DNA from: Octopus sinensis | Taxonomy: Eukaryota | Assembly (NCBI RefSeq): GCF_006345805.1 | Contig: NC_043010.1 | Coordinates: 51,646,001-51,710,000, forward strand | Reading direction: 5' to 3' | Length of the DNA stretch: 64,000 nucleotides | Shown: piece by piece, positions 11,170 through 22,983 of the stretch | Position numbering within the stretch: position 1 is the first letter of the stretch | Layout: each line of letters opens with the position of its first letter | The notes under the pieces: generated by a model | The model's database searches: none | The model's input: the letters and a program-made list of their open reading frames with translations, nothing else | What the model was told of the DNA's origin: nothing | Position numbers and translations under genes: made by a program

Positions 11170-13221
11170 ATGTTATTTGAAGCCTTAGACGAAATGGAAG
11201 GGAGTATAGCTACGCATGGGGTAGAAGACAACTGGACGCTTCTGAGGGACAACCTGCTGAAAGCCGCTGACCAGATCTGTGGCTGGTGCAAAGTCCCCTT
11301 AAGACCCAAAATAACGTGGTGGTGGAACAATATTGTTGACAGGGCTATTAGACAAAAGAAACAGGCTTGGAAGGCCTGGAAGAACGGTGGTAGCAGGGAA
11401 GTGTATCAGTCTGCCAGAAGGGAAGCCAGGAGACAGGTCTATCTAGCCAGAGGGGAGGCAGATAAGGAAAAATTTGCCAATGTCCTGCGTCGTGAGGATG
11501 AAAGACTTGAGGTATTTCGTGTTGCAAGACAGTGTGTGAGAGAGAATCGTGACGTGGTAGGAGAGAAATGTGTTCGCAAGGAGGACGGTTCACTTGCGCT
11601 TAATGAGGATGCAAAGAGAGAGGCTTGGAGACGCCACTATGATAGTTTGCTGAATGAAGAAAATGAATGGGATAAAGAGAGTCTGCCGAATGTCGACCCA
11701 ACAGAGGGACCAGCAATCCGAGTTAACAGTTCCTTAGTAGATAAGGCAATTAGAAGCATGAAAACAGGGAAAGCCCCAGGCCCATCAGGAATTACTGCAG
11801 AGATGCTCAAAATATCTGGTGGTGTCGGCTATAGCTTAGTCACCCGTATAGTTAACCAGGTGATACACGAGGGGGTCATACCCAATGACTGGTGTAGCAG
11901 CATAATAGTCAACTGCTACAAAGGTAAAGGCGACGCCCTAGAGACAAATAACTACAGGGGCATCAAGCTGCTGGATCAGGTAATGAAGGTTACGGAGAGG
12001 GTTATAGCCCAACTAATTAGAGAGAGAGTTAGCTTAGATGATATGCAGTTTGGGTTCGTGCCAGGGAAAAGTACTACTGATGCTATATTCCTGGTAAGAC
12101 AGCTGCAGGAGAAATACCTAGCCAAAGATAAGCCCTTGTACCTGGCTTTTGTTGACTTGGAGAAAGCCTTTGACAGGGTCCCCCGATCCCTTATCTGGTG
12201 GTCAATGAGGAAACTAGGGATAGAAGAATGGTTGGTGAGAGCTGTGCAAGCCATGTACAGAGACGCTGCTAGTAAGGTGAGGGTTGGCAACGAGTACAGT
12301 GAAGAATTCCGGGTAGAGGTTGGGGTCCACCAAGGTTCAGTCCTCAGTCCCCTCCTATTTATCATAGTCCTCCAGGCAATAACGGAGGAATTCAAGACAG
12401 GTTGCCCCTGGGAGCTCCTCTATGCTGATGACCTTGCTCTAATTGCTGAGTCACTATCAGAACTGGAGGAGAAGTTTCAGGTGTGGAAACAAGGATTAGA
12501 ATCGAAGGGCCTTAGAATCAACCTAGCCAAAACCAAAGTCCTAATAAGTAGGAAGGTAGATCAATCACAAACGCCTTCAGGTAGATGGCCCTGCTCGATC
12601 TGTAAAAAAGGTGTAGGTAGAAACTCTATAAGATGCACCAAGTGTAAGCTATGGACACATAAGAGGTGCAGCAATGTCAAAGGAAGGCTAACTAGGAAAA
12701 TAGTTTTTGTCTGTGGCAAATGCTCAGGAGCAATAAACACTGGAAATGTGCAGAGACCAACTTCTGCCACGTTCCAGGGAGACAAACTAGAAGTAGTTGA
12801 TAGCTTCCGCTACCTAGGAGACCAAGTCAGTAGCGGGGGTGGGTGTGCTGAAAGTGTAACTGCTAGAGTAAGAATAGCCTGGGCAAAGTTTAGAGAGCTC
12901 TTACCCCTGCTGGTGACAAAAGGCCTCTCGCTCAGAGTAAAAGGCAGACTGTATGATGCATGTGTACGTACAGCCATGCTACATGGTAGTGAAACATGGG
13001 CCGTGACTGCTGAGGATATGCGTAAGCTCGCAAGAAATGAAGCCAGTATGCTCCGATGGATGTGTAATGTCAGTGTTCATAATCGTCAGAGTGTAAGTTC
13101 CTTGAGAGAAAAGTTGAACCTAAGAAGCGTCAGTTGTGGTGTGCAAGAGAGACGGCTGCGCTGGTATGGTCATGTGACAGAAAGGCTGAAGATAGTTGTG
13201 TGCAAAAGTGCTACACCCTAG
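11170..13221 (+). CDS. RTE ORF: reverse transcriptase with PHD-like Cys/His finger (longest open segment, 683 aa)
   Basis: ORF track; RT motifs; WPCSICKK...CTKCKLWTHKRC...CGKC at about 12586-12723. Apparent frameshifts near 10920, 10985 and 13185 break the full ORF. Confidence 0.9.
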   Translation: MLFEALDEMEGSIATHGVEDNWTLLRDNLLKAADQICGWCKVPLRPKITWWWNNIVDRAIRQKKQAWKAWKNGGSREVYQSARREARRQVYLARGEADKEKFANVLRREDERLEVFRVARQCVRENRDVVGEKCVRKEDGSLALNEDAKREAWRRHYDSLLNEENEWDKESLPNVDPTEGPAIRVNSSLVDKAIRSMKTGKAPGPSGITAEMLKISGGVGYSLVTRIVNQVIHEGVIPNDWCSSIIVNCYKGKGDALETNNYRGIKLLDQVMKVTERVIAQLIRERVSLDDMQFGFVPGKSTTDAIFLVRQLQEKYLAKDKPLYLAFVDLEKAFDRVPRSLIWWSMRKLGIEEWLVRAVQAMYRDAASKVRVGNEYSEEFRVEVGVHQGSVLSPLLFIIVLQAITEEFKTGCPWELLYADDLALIAESLSELEEKFQVWKQGLESKGLRINLAKTKVLISRKVDQSQTPSGRWPCSICKKGVGRNSIRCTKCKLWTHKRCSNVKGRLTRKIVFVCGKCSGAINTGNVQRPTSATFQGDKLEVVDSFRYLGDQVSSGGGCAESVTARVRIAWAKFRELLPLLVTKGLSLRVKGRLYDACVRTAMLHGSETWAVTAEDMRKLARNEASMLRWMCNVSVHNRQSVSSLREKLNLRSVSCGVQERRLRWYGHVTERLKIVVCKSATP

Positions 13222-13354
13222 CAGTTGAGGGAACCTGTGGAAGAGGTAGACCCAGGAAAACCTGGGACGAGGTGGTGAAGCACGACCTTCGAACTTTAGG
13301 TCTCACTAAGGAAATGTCTAGAGACCGAGACCTATGGAAGTATGCTGTGCGTGA

Positions 13355-15430
13355 GAAGACCCGGCAAGACTAGTCAGGCCATAACCCGTGGCCCCTACCT
13401 GGGACGTAGTCAGTCCTCCTGTGCATACCTTCCTTCTTGTGACACTTATGAAGACCTGTTGAGGCAAGTGAAAATCAAATCAAATCAAAACAAATCAAAA
13501 TAGATGAACATCAGTGGAATTGTATTCTTTGTGGTACCAGTGCCGGTGGCACACAAGAAAACCACCCAAACGTGGCCGTAGCCAGTACCGCATCGACTGG
13601 CCTCCGTGCTGTGGGCACAACAAACACCATCCGATCGTGGCCGTTCGCCAGCCTCATCTGGCACCTGTGCCGGTGGCACATAAAGACACCATCCGAAGAC
13701 CCGGCGACGTAGTCAGTCCACCTGTGCATACCTTCCCTCTTATGACACTTGTGAAGACCTGTTGAGGCAAGTGTGTGACACTTGTGAAGACCTTGTGAGG
13801 CAGAGGCAAGTGTGTGACACTTGTGGAGACCTGTTGAGCAAGTGTGTGACCCTTGTGAAGACCTGTTGAGGCAAGTGAAAATCAAACCAAATCAAAATAG
13901 ATGAACATCAATGGAATTTGTATCTTTGTGGTTCCAGTACCGGTGGCACACAAGAAAACCATCCGAACGTGGCCGTAGCCAGTACGCATCGACTGGCCTC
14001 CGTGCTGTGGGCACAACAAACACCATCTGATCGTGGCCGTTCGCCAGCCTCATCTGGCACCTGTGTCGGTGGCACATAAAAACACCATCCGAAGACCCGG
14101 CGACGTAGTCAGTCCACCTGTGCATACCTTCCCTCTTATGACACTTGTGAAGACCTGTTGAGGCAGAGGCAAGTGTGTGACACTTGTGAAGACCTGTTGA
14201 GGCAGAGGCAAGTGTGTGACACTTGTGGAGACCTGTTGAGGCAAGTTGTGTGACCCTTGTGAAGACCTGTGAGGCAAGTGAAAATCAAACCAAATCAAAA
14301 TAGATGAACATCAATGGAATTTGTGTCTTTGTGGTTCCAGTACCGGTGGCACACAGAGAAACCATCCGATCGTGGCCGTTCGCCAGCCACATCTGGCACC
14401 TGTGTCGGTGGCACATAAAAACACCATCCGAAGACCCGGCGACGTAGTCAGTCCACTGTGCATACCTTCCTATTATGACACTTGTGAAGACTTTGAGCAA
14501 GTGTGTGACACTTGTGTAGACCTGTTGAGGCAAGTGAAAATCAAATCAAATCAAATCAAATCAAACCAATCAAAATAGATGAACATCAATGGAATTTGTA
14601 TCTTTGTGGTACCAGTACCGGTGGCACACAAGAAAACCATCCGAACGTGGCCGTAGCCAGTACCGCATCGACTGGCCTCTGTGATGTGGGCACATAACAA
14701 ACACCATCCGATCGTGGCCGTCCGCCAGCCTCATCTGGCACCTGTGTCGGTGGCACATAAAAACACCAACCGAAGACCCGGCAAGACTAGTCAGGCCATC
14801 AACCCGTGGCCCCTACTTGGGACGTAGTCAGTCCACCTGTGCATACCTCCTTCTTGTGACACTTGTGAAGACCTGTTGAGGCAAGTGAAAAAATCAAATC
14901 AAATCAAATCAAAATAGATGAACATCAATGGAATTTGTATCTTTGTGGTACCAGTGCCGGTGGCACACAAGAAAACCATCCGAACGTGGCCGTAGCCAGT
15001 ACCGCATCGACTGGCCTCCGTGCGTGGGGCACGCAACAAACACCATCCGATCGTGGCCGTTCACCAGCCTCATCTGGCACCTGTGTCGGTGGCACATAAA
15101 AACCCATCCGAAGACCCGGCAAGACTAGTCAGGCCATAACCCGTGGCCCCTACCTGGGACGTAGTCAGTCCACCTGTGCATACCTTCCTTCTTGTGACAC
15201 TTGTGAAGACCTGTTGAGGCAAGTGAAAATCAAATCAATCAAACAAATCAAAATAGATGAACATAAATGGAATTTGTATCTTTGGGTACCAGTGCCGGTG
15301 GCACACAAGAAAATCATCCGAACGTGGCCGTAGCCAGTACCGCATAGACTGGCCTCCGTGCTTTGGGGACGTAACAAACACCATCCGATCGTGGCCGTCC
15401 GCCACCTCATCTGGCACCTGTGTCGGTGGC
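13355..15430 (+). repeat. Six tandem copies of a ~340-400 bp unit from the RTE ORF end / 3' UTR
   Basis: gaagacccggc unit starts near 13355, 13695, 14091, 14430, 14772 and 15111. Confidence 0.9.
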
Positions 15431-15994
15431 ACATAAAAACACCATCCGAGCGTGGCCGTCTGCCAGCCTCGTCTGGCACCTGTGTCGGTGGCACATAAAA
15501 ACACCATCCGAGCATGGCCGTTCGCCAGCCTCGTCTGGCACCTGTGTCGGTGGCACATAAAATCACCCACTACACTCTCGGAGTGGTTGGCGTTAGGAAG
15601 GGCATCCAGCTGTAGAAACACTGCCAGATCTGACTGGCCTGGTGCAGCCTTCGGGCTCCCCAGACCCCAGTTGAACCGTCCAACCCATGCTAGCATGGAA
15701 AACGGACGCTAAATGATGATGATGATGATGATATACAACATATGAATACTTACATATATAAATGTATACATACATAAATATGCACGTATGCACATGACCA
15801 GTTTAAATTGCCCACCTAAAACTCCTCATGCAATATTGTCAAAATACCACTGCAGTGGGTGGTATCTTTTAAATAACCTAAATAATAATTTCAATAATAA
15901 TTATTACCTTTGAATGTTTTTATTCTCATGCTGGCTACCTGATAAGTTCGGTATTTAAATAATGATCTTATCCTTGTTTATATAAATTTATATT

Positions 15995-16560
15995 CCTCAG
16001 GACTTGGCAATGGGTAAATAACTCATTATTTTTCCTTTTTACATAGACCATAGGTGCTGTCCAATCTGAGTGGTCTGTCTTCTTGATTATTCTTGTTCTA
16101 GCACTGTGAATGGTACGTTACATTTTAGCCTAAATACAGGTGTGGCACTTGGTTTTACTACAATTTTTGTCTTTGTTTTCATGCAATAGTCCAGTTCATC
16201 CGAGAAAACATTTATTTTTTGTTTCATTCCCTCAGTCACATTTAAACCTTTGACTGAACTGACTATATTCCTGCACAAAACACTTATGGACATATTCTAC
16301 TATTTGAACAGTTCCATCCACTCCATGCCAAGCAAATTTACTGAATTTTTTTAACACATATACTTTTCTCATTTTTATTTGGTCACAAAATGTCACATTA
16401 TACACAAATTCACCTACAAAATACTATCTTTTACCTGTAACATCTACTTTTGTAGATTTACTTAATTTTGGCTCACCAATATACTTCCAAGTTTCTTCAT
16501 TCACAATGGTAATATCACTTCCAGTATCTAACTGCTTTTTCTATATCTATAAAACAGTCC
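15995..16560 (-). mobile_element. Decayed Ty3/Gypsy pol fragment (aspartic protease and RT start)
   Basis: QLDTGSDITIVNEETWKYIGEP at about 16535-16470; VFSDELDYCMKTK...PVFRLKCNVPF; SDWTAPMVYV. Confidence 0.8.
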
Positions 16561-17275
16561 TTGGAAGAAAATTGTCTGCACATTTTGCTTTGACAGTTAA
16601 TGGCAGCCAAACCGAGGCTAGGATCAAGATGAAAATTGTCAGGGATACTAAATGCGTGATGAGGATGAGACCCGCGATGGTTAAAATTTGCAAGCTATAA
16701 AGATGTAGTTGCCATAGCAAAAAGAGTGATTGTTTAAAAAATATTTCAGCATTCAGAAAGAGATACGTTGTAAGGGGAACAACTCAGTAGTTTCAATGAT
16801 TACATTTACAAGTAACGACTGTACATAAATATCAAGTTTACTTACCTGTTGCGAAATAATATGTGTGTGTGCATGTGTGTGTGTGTGTGTGTGTGTGTGC
16901 CTATGAGCGCGTGAGTTGGCTGTTAATTCAATCGAACATAAAGAAATAAAAAAAGTAGTAAAAAAAGCAATTAATAATTTTTAAAATAATTTCACCAAAC
17001 CTGATAGTATAAAAGGTAGCAAAGCATGATAAAAGATAATAAGAGTAGAAATTAATATTATTTTTAGCATATAAGGGATCCACTGAGTGGTCTCTCCTCT
17101 TGTTATTCTTATATTTTCAATTTTCACATTTACAATCTCCTCTTTGTCACATTACCACTTTCTTTCAAAAACGATTTTGTTCATTCTTTTTTCTTTGTTC
17201 CACTGTTTTGTCATCTTGGTTTTACAGTTCACTTTTATGTGTCTAATTTTTCCACAACAGAAACATTCCACTTTC

Positions 17276-17925
17276 TTAACCCTTTTGTTACAGTATTTAT
17301 TTTGAGATGCTTTGTGTTTCTTTCAATTACTTTAAATGGGCATGGCTGTGTGGTTAGGGAGCTTGCTTCCTAGCTACATGGTTTCGGGTTCAGTCCCACT
17401 GCGTGGCACTTTGGGTAGGTGTCTTCCACTATAGCCCCGAGCCGACCGGAGCTTTGTGATTGAATTCGGTAGGTGGAAGTTACTGCCGTGTGTGTATGTG
17501 TGCGTATAGCTGCTCAGTGCCTCTCCAAAAGAGAGAGAGAGGGATATATATATATATATATACATGGCTGTGTGGTTAGGGAGCTTGCTTCCTAGCTACA
17601 TGGTTTCGGGTTCAGTCCCACTGTGTGGCACTTTGGGTAGGTGTCTTCCACTATAGCCCCGAGCCGACCGGAGCTTTGTGATTGAATTCGGTAGGTGGAA
17701 GTTACTGCCGTGTGTGTATGTGTGCGTATAGCTGCTCAGTGCCTCTCCGAAAGAGAGGGATAACTCAAAATTTAGTAAAATAACTTAGTTATCATTCAGC
17801 TAGTGTTAGGATCATAAATTGTGGCTAAGGTTTGGTGGAAGATTTTAATTCAAAACTTATGAAAACAAGACATTTGTACTCAGAACCAGAACTGGTTTCA
17901 TCCGGGTTGGTAACGAAAGGGTTAA
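17276..17925. mobile_element. piggyBac-like MITE interrupted by a duplicated SINE head
   Basis: TTAA-CCCTTTTGTTAC ... GTAACGAAAGGG-TTAA; the uninterrupted homologue is 40169-40397. Confidence 0.75.
17340..17755 (+). repeat. Tandem duplication of a SINE 5' half (~223 bp period)
   Basis: catggctgtgtggttagggagc... at 17341 and 17564, nearly identical. Confidence 0.9.
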
Positions 17926-18097
17926 ATGGGCAGTTTTTTTTTCAGGTGTAGACCCCCACATGCAAAACATGGGTTTGTTTCCTGACTTTTGTCCTGTTTG
18001 TACTGTATTTTAGTACACACTTGATTTCTATTCTGCCTGTTTTGCACTTGTTGCACTTGGGAGCAATCTTTATGTTCAATTTTCTCTGTGTCATGTC
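17926..18097 (-). mobile_element. Ty3/Gypsy gag fragment with zinc-knuckle remnant
   Basis: ...ETNPCFACGGLHLKK; collinear with the gag piece at 18484-18685 and pol at 15995-16560. Confidence 0.65.
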
Positions 18098-18483
18098 TTA
18101 ACCCTTTAGCATTTAAACTGGCCATATCCAGCCAAAAAGTATTCTGCCTGTTTTATGTTCAAAATGGCCAGATCTGGTCTCTCACACCAACCCTACAATA
18201 TCGTTTTAAAAATTAACAGCTACCTCATCAAAATCTCAAAGCTACAAGAAATGCCTGATTAGTTCAAGGCAATGTGGATGAAAAAGGATTAATTTTGGCA
18301 GAATAATGCGAACAGTAAAGGCAGTTGGCGTTAGGAAGGGCATCCAGCCGTAGAAACATTGCCAGATCAGACTGGGCTTGGTGCAGCCTTCTGGCTTCCC
18401 AGACCCCAGTTGAACCGTCCAACCCATGCTACCATGGAAAGCGGACGCTAAACAAAGATGATGATGATGAAGTAAAGGGTTAA
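18098..18483. mobile_element. piggyBac-like MITE containing an RTE-tail insertion
   Basis: TTAA-CCCTTTAGCATT ... AAAGGG-TTAA; homologue at 54937-55164; RTE tail at about 18323-18470. Confidence 0.7.
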
Positions 18484-18685
18484 ATTTACTATTCTTTCAA
18501 ACTCTTCTGACACTTGTTCTTAAGTTACAGCTTGGTTTTGTTCCACTTTAGTGAGAATTCTGGTTCTTACTTCTGCATCTGTTTTTGCAGTTGAACCCTG
18601 AGTAACTTTCAGGCACTTCAACATGTCTGGTGTTAACTCGTCCAGTTTGAACTTTTCACATTCTCTGTTAACTCTACCAGCATAT
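18484..18685 (-). mobile_element. Ty3/Gypsy gag fragment
   Basis: LTPDMLKCL...DAEVRTRILTKVEQ...EEFERIVNL, in the style of gypsy-type gag. Confidence 0.6.
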
Positions 18686-18894
18686 ACTCTCTCTTTTTAC
18701 TTGTTTCAGTCATTTGACTGTGTGGCCATGCTGGAGCACTGCCTTTACAGTCAAGCAAATCGACCCCAGAGCTTATTCTTTGTAAGCCTAGTACTTATTC
18801 TATCAGTCTCTTTTGCCGAACTGCTAAGTTACAGGGACGTAAATACACCAACATCGGTTGTCAAGCGATGCTGGGGAGACAAACAGACACACAA

Positions 18895-18945
<51 letters not shown>

Positions 18946-19095
18946 CATATACGATGGGCTTCTTCAGTTTCCGTTTACCAAATCCACTCACAAGTTTTTG
19001 GTCAGCTCGAGGCTATAGAAGACACTTCCCCAAGGTGCCACACAGTGGGAACTGAACCCAGGACCATGTGGTTGGTAAGCAAGCTACTTACCACA
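18686..19095 (-). mobile_element. SINE family N
   Basis: Homologous to 4516-4920. Confidence 0.85.
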
Positions 19096-19799
19096 TCCTG
19101 CAACTGCCATCACCAAAGAAAACATTGATCATGTTCACCACATGGTGATGGATGCCAGGTGATTGACTAAAATATCAAGAAAGCTAATGCTATTAGTACA
19201 TCCCATGAGAAAAGTAAGAATATTGTGCTCAGTGAACTTTGCATGACAAAGGTTTCTTCTCAGTGAGTGCCACGCCTTCTGAAACCTGGTCAAAAGTGCA
19301 CCAAGTTGATCAGATTATGAAAAACTCTAAACAAAAATCACTTTAAAATATCTTTCAATAGTGTATGCTGAAACTTTTGTTTTTTATTCCACTTGTAAAA
19401 TAGGGGTGCATCATATGTGAGAATGCATCTTAGTGGCAAACGTAGTATGTTGGTTTGATGATAATAAATTGAACCAAATTCGATAACTGGCACCCATGCC
19501 AGTGGAGCGCTAGCAGCTCCACACGAGAGGGATCACTGCCAGAGCAGCTGTCTGGCTTCCGTGCCAGTTGCAAGTAAAAAGCACACCATTTGGGCATGAT
19601 CATTACCAGCGTCGCCTTACTGGCAAAAACAAAGATGATGATAATTGCGATGACAATGATAGTGATAATGATGGTGATGATGGGAATAATAGTGATAATG
19701 ACAATGATGATGATGGTAATGATAACAGTAGGGACAATAATGAGGATGTTGATAGTGATAATGATGCTAAAATGAAAAGGAGGAGAAAAAGAAAAAAAG

Positions 19800-20226
19800 G
19801 TAGAGTGGCTGTGTGTTAAGTAGCTTGCTTACCAACCACATGGTTCCGAGTTCAGTCCCACTGTGTGGCACCTTGGGCAAGTGTCTTCTACTATAGCCTC
19901 GGGCTGACCAAGGCCTTGTGAGTGTATTTGGTAGACGGAAACTGAAAGAAGCCCGTCGTATATATATATATATATATATATGTGTATTTATGTATGTGTG
20001 TATATATATTTGTGTGTCTGTGTTTGTCCTCCCAACATCACTTGACAACCGATGCTGTTGTGTTTATGTCCCTGTAACTTAGCGGTCCGGCAAAAGAGAC
20101 CGATAAAATAAGTACTAGGCTTACAAAGAATAAGTCCCGGGGTCGATTTGCTCAACTAAAAGCAGTGCTCCAGCATGGCCACAGTCACATGACTAAAACA
20201 AGTAAAAGAGTAAACGAGTAAAAGAG
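19800..20226 (+). mobile_element. SINE family N
   Basis: Head agtggctgtgtg...ttccgagttcagtcccac, internal microsatellite, gtaaaagag tail. Confidence 0.85.
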
Positions 20227-20289
20227 GCTTTAGCTGGTGGTATGAAGACTAGATTAAAATGCCAAGCTCTGTCTGCTGTCGGTTGAGCA

Positions 20290-20900
20290 GCACTGTTCGC
20301 TGGCAGTCGTAGGATCTGTTCACCAATGGTTGTGGAGATCTGTGTGCTGACTGTTGTGCAGTGTTGTTTGCTGACGGTCAAAGGATCTGTTTACCAATAG
20401 TTGTGGAGATGTGTCTGCTGACAGTTGTGCAGCACTGTTCACTGATGGTCATAAGATCTGTTCACTGACAGTTGTGCAGTGCTGTTCACTGACGGTCATA
20501 AGATCTGTTTGCTGACAGTTGTGCAGCACTGTTCACTGACGGTCATAAGATCTGTTCGCTGACAGTTGTGCAGTGCTGTTCACTGACGGTCATAAGATCT
20601 GTTCACTGACAGTTGTGCAGCACAGCACTGTTCACTGATGGTCATAAGGTCTGTTCACTGACAGTTGTGCAGTGCTGTTCACTGACGGTCATAAGATCTG
20701 TTCACTGACAGTTGTGCAGCACTGTTCACTGACGGTCATAAGATCTGTTCGCTGACAGTTGTGCAATGCTTTTTGCTGATGGTTGAAGAATCTGTTCACC
20801 AGTGCTCGTGGAGATCTGTTCACTGACAGTTGTGCAGTGCTGTTCACTGATTGTCACAGGATCTATTCACTGATGGTTGTAGAGATCTGTTTACTGAAGG
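20290..20900 (+). repeat. 47-bp minisatellite
   Basis: ctgacagttgtgcagcactgttcactgacggtcataagatctgttcg; unit starts at 20465, 20512 and 20559. Confidence 0.9.
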
Positions 20901-21064
20901 TCATGGCACTGAGGTCTCCTGCTGACTGACTGTAAAAAGGTGTGCTCTTACTAGGCTGATGACTGCTGCTTTTATAGGTACACAACCAGCTCTGATTAGC
21001 TTACAGTTGCCAGTGCGTAACTGTAGCCAAATAGGGCTTCCTTGACTCCCTACAAAGGCATGTT

Positions 21065-22540
21065 GAAGATGGTGACAACGACTACAACAGCAATGACAAT
21101 GGTAATGATGATGATGATGAGGAGGAAGAGGAGGAGGATGATGATGGTGATGACAATGACGATGATGATGGTGATGACAATGACGATGATGATGATGATG
21201 ACAAGGGTAGTGATGATGATGATGACAATGACAACAGGTGTGATGACAATAATGATGTTGACGACGACAAAGATAACAGTAATGGCAATGATGACAATGA
21301 TGATGATGATGATGATGACGATGACGACAATGATGATGATGATGACAATGACGATGATGATGAGGATGATGATGATGATGATGATGACAATGACAACAGG
21401 CGTGATGACAATAATGATGATGATGATGACGACAACGATGCTGACAACGACGATGATGATGATGATGATGATGATAATGACAATGACGATGATCATGAGG
21501 ATGATGATGATGACAAAGATAACAGTAATGGCAATGATGACAATGATGATGATGATGATGATGACGATGACGACAATGATGATGATGATGAGGATGATGA
21601 TGATGATGATGATGACAATGACAACAGGCGTGATGACAATAATGATGATGATGATGATGATGACGATGACGACAATGATGATGATGATGAGGATGATGAT
21701 GATGATGATGATGACAATGACAACAGGCGTGATGACAATAATGATGATGATGATGACGACAACGATGCTGACAACGACGATGATGATGATGATGATGATG
21801 ATAATGACAATGACGATGATCATGAGGATGATGATGATGACAAAGATAACAGTAATGGCAATGATGACAATGATGATGATGATGATGATGACGATGACGA
21901 CAATGATGATGATGATGACAATGACAACAGGTGTGATGACAATAATGATGTTGACGACGACAAAGATAACAGTAATGGCAATGATGACAATGATGATGAT
22001 GATGATGATGACGATGACGACAATGATGATGATGATGACAATGACGATGATGATGAGGATGATGATGATGATGATGACAATGACAACAGGCGTGATGACA
22101 ATAATGATGATGATGATGACGACAACGATGCTGACAACGACGATGATGATGATGATGATGATGATAATGACAATGACGATGATCATGAGGATGATGATGA
22201 TGACAAAGATAACAGTAATGGCAATGATGACAATGATGATGATGATGATGATGACGATGACGACAATGATGATGATGATGAGGATGATGATGATGATGAT
22301 GATGACAATGACAACAGGCGTGATGACAATAATGATGATGATGATGACGACAACGATGCCGACAACGACAATGATGATGATGATGATGATGATAATGACA
22401 ATGACGATGATCATGAGGATGATGATGATGACAAAGATAACAGTAATGGCAATGATGACGATGATGATGATGACACGAACTTCAACAGCAACAATAACAA
22501 CCCTGACATTGATCACTACCATGACGATGATAATTCATTT
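21065..22540 (+). repeat. (GAT/GAC/AAT)n trinucleotide array with higher-order duplications
   Basis: Marker motifs gacaacaggcgt and gatcatgagg recur at intervals of a few hundred bp. Confidence 0.95.
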
Positions 22541-22769
22541 ACGCTTGGCTTGACAGTTTCCAGATGTCAACAACAACAACAACAACCACAACAACCACAA
22601 CAATACCATGGTTGCTAAACGTTTCCTCCCCTGTTCATGCCATGGGTCAACAAGCATTCATAATGTTTCTCTTGAAATGACGCAAAGGACACAATACTTA
22701 ACATTTAAACTGCCTGCAACATTGGATAGGAAGATATACAAGAAAAACAAACAAGAAAAAACACTAACA

Positions 22770-22941
22770 CCTGTGTGTGTGGTGTGTGTGTGTATGTGTG
22801 TGTGTGTGTGTGTGCGTGTGCGTGTGAATGTGAGTGAGTGTGAATGTGAGTGTGTGCGTGCGCGTATGCAAATGTCTGTCTCTGTGTGTGTCTGTCTTTG
22901 TGTATGAACGTGTGTGTGCATGTACGCGTGTGTGTGTTTGC

Positions 22942-22983
<42 letters not shown>

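Larger units (their letters stand above)
10576..15732 (+). mobile_element. RTE-clade LINE, 5'-truncated, with tandemly expanded 3' region
   Basis: APE endonuclease motifs (SAYAPQ, GDFNGHVG), RT motifs (QFGF, DLEKAFD, QGSVLSP, YADD at 12421), ORF end REKTRQD* at 13373, (GAT)n tail. Inserted in a (TA)n tract. Confidence 0.95.

Noticed and set aside
13355-15430. Possible CRISPR-like repeat array
   Set aside because: Whole units are repeated with no unique spacers; it derives from a LINE 3' UTR in a eukaryotic genome.
16565-16720. Hydrophobic minus-strand ORF (LQILTIAGLILITHLVSLTIFILILASVWLP...)
   Set aside because: No splice sites or homology recognised; abuts decayed Gypsy sequence; probably chance.
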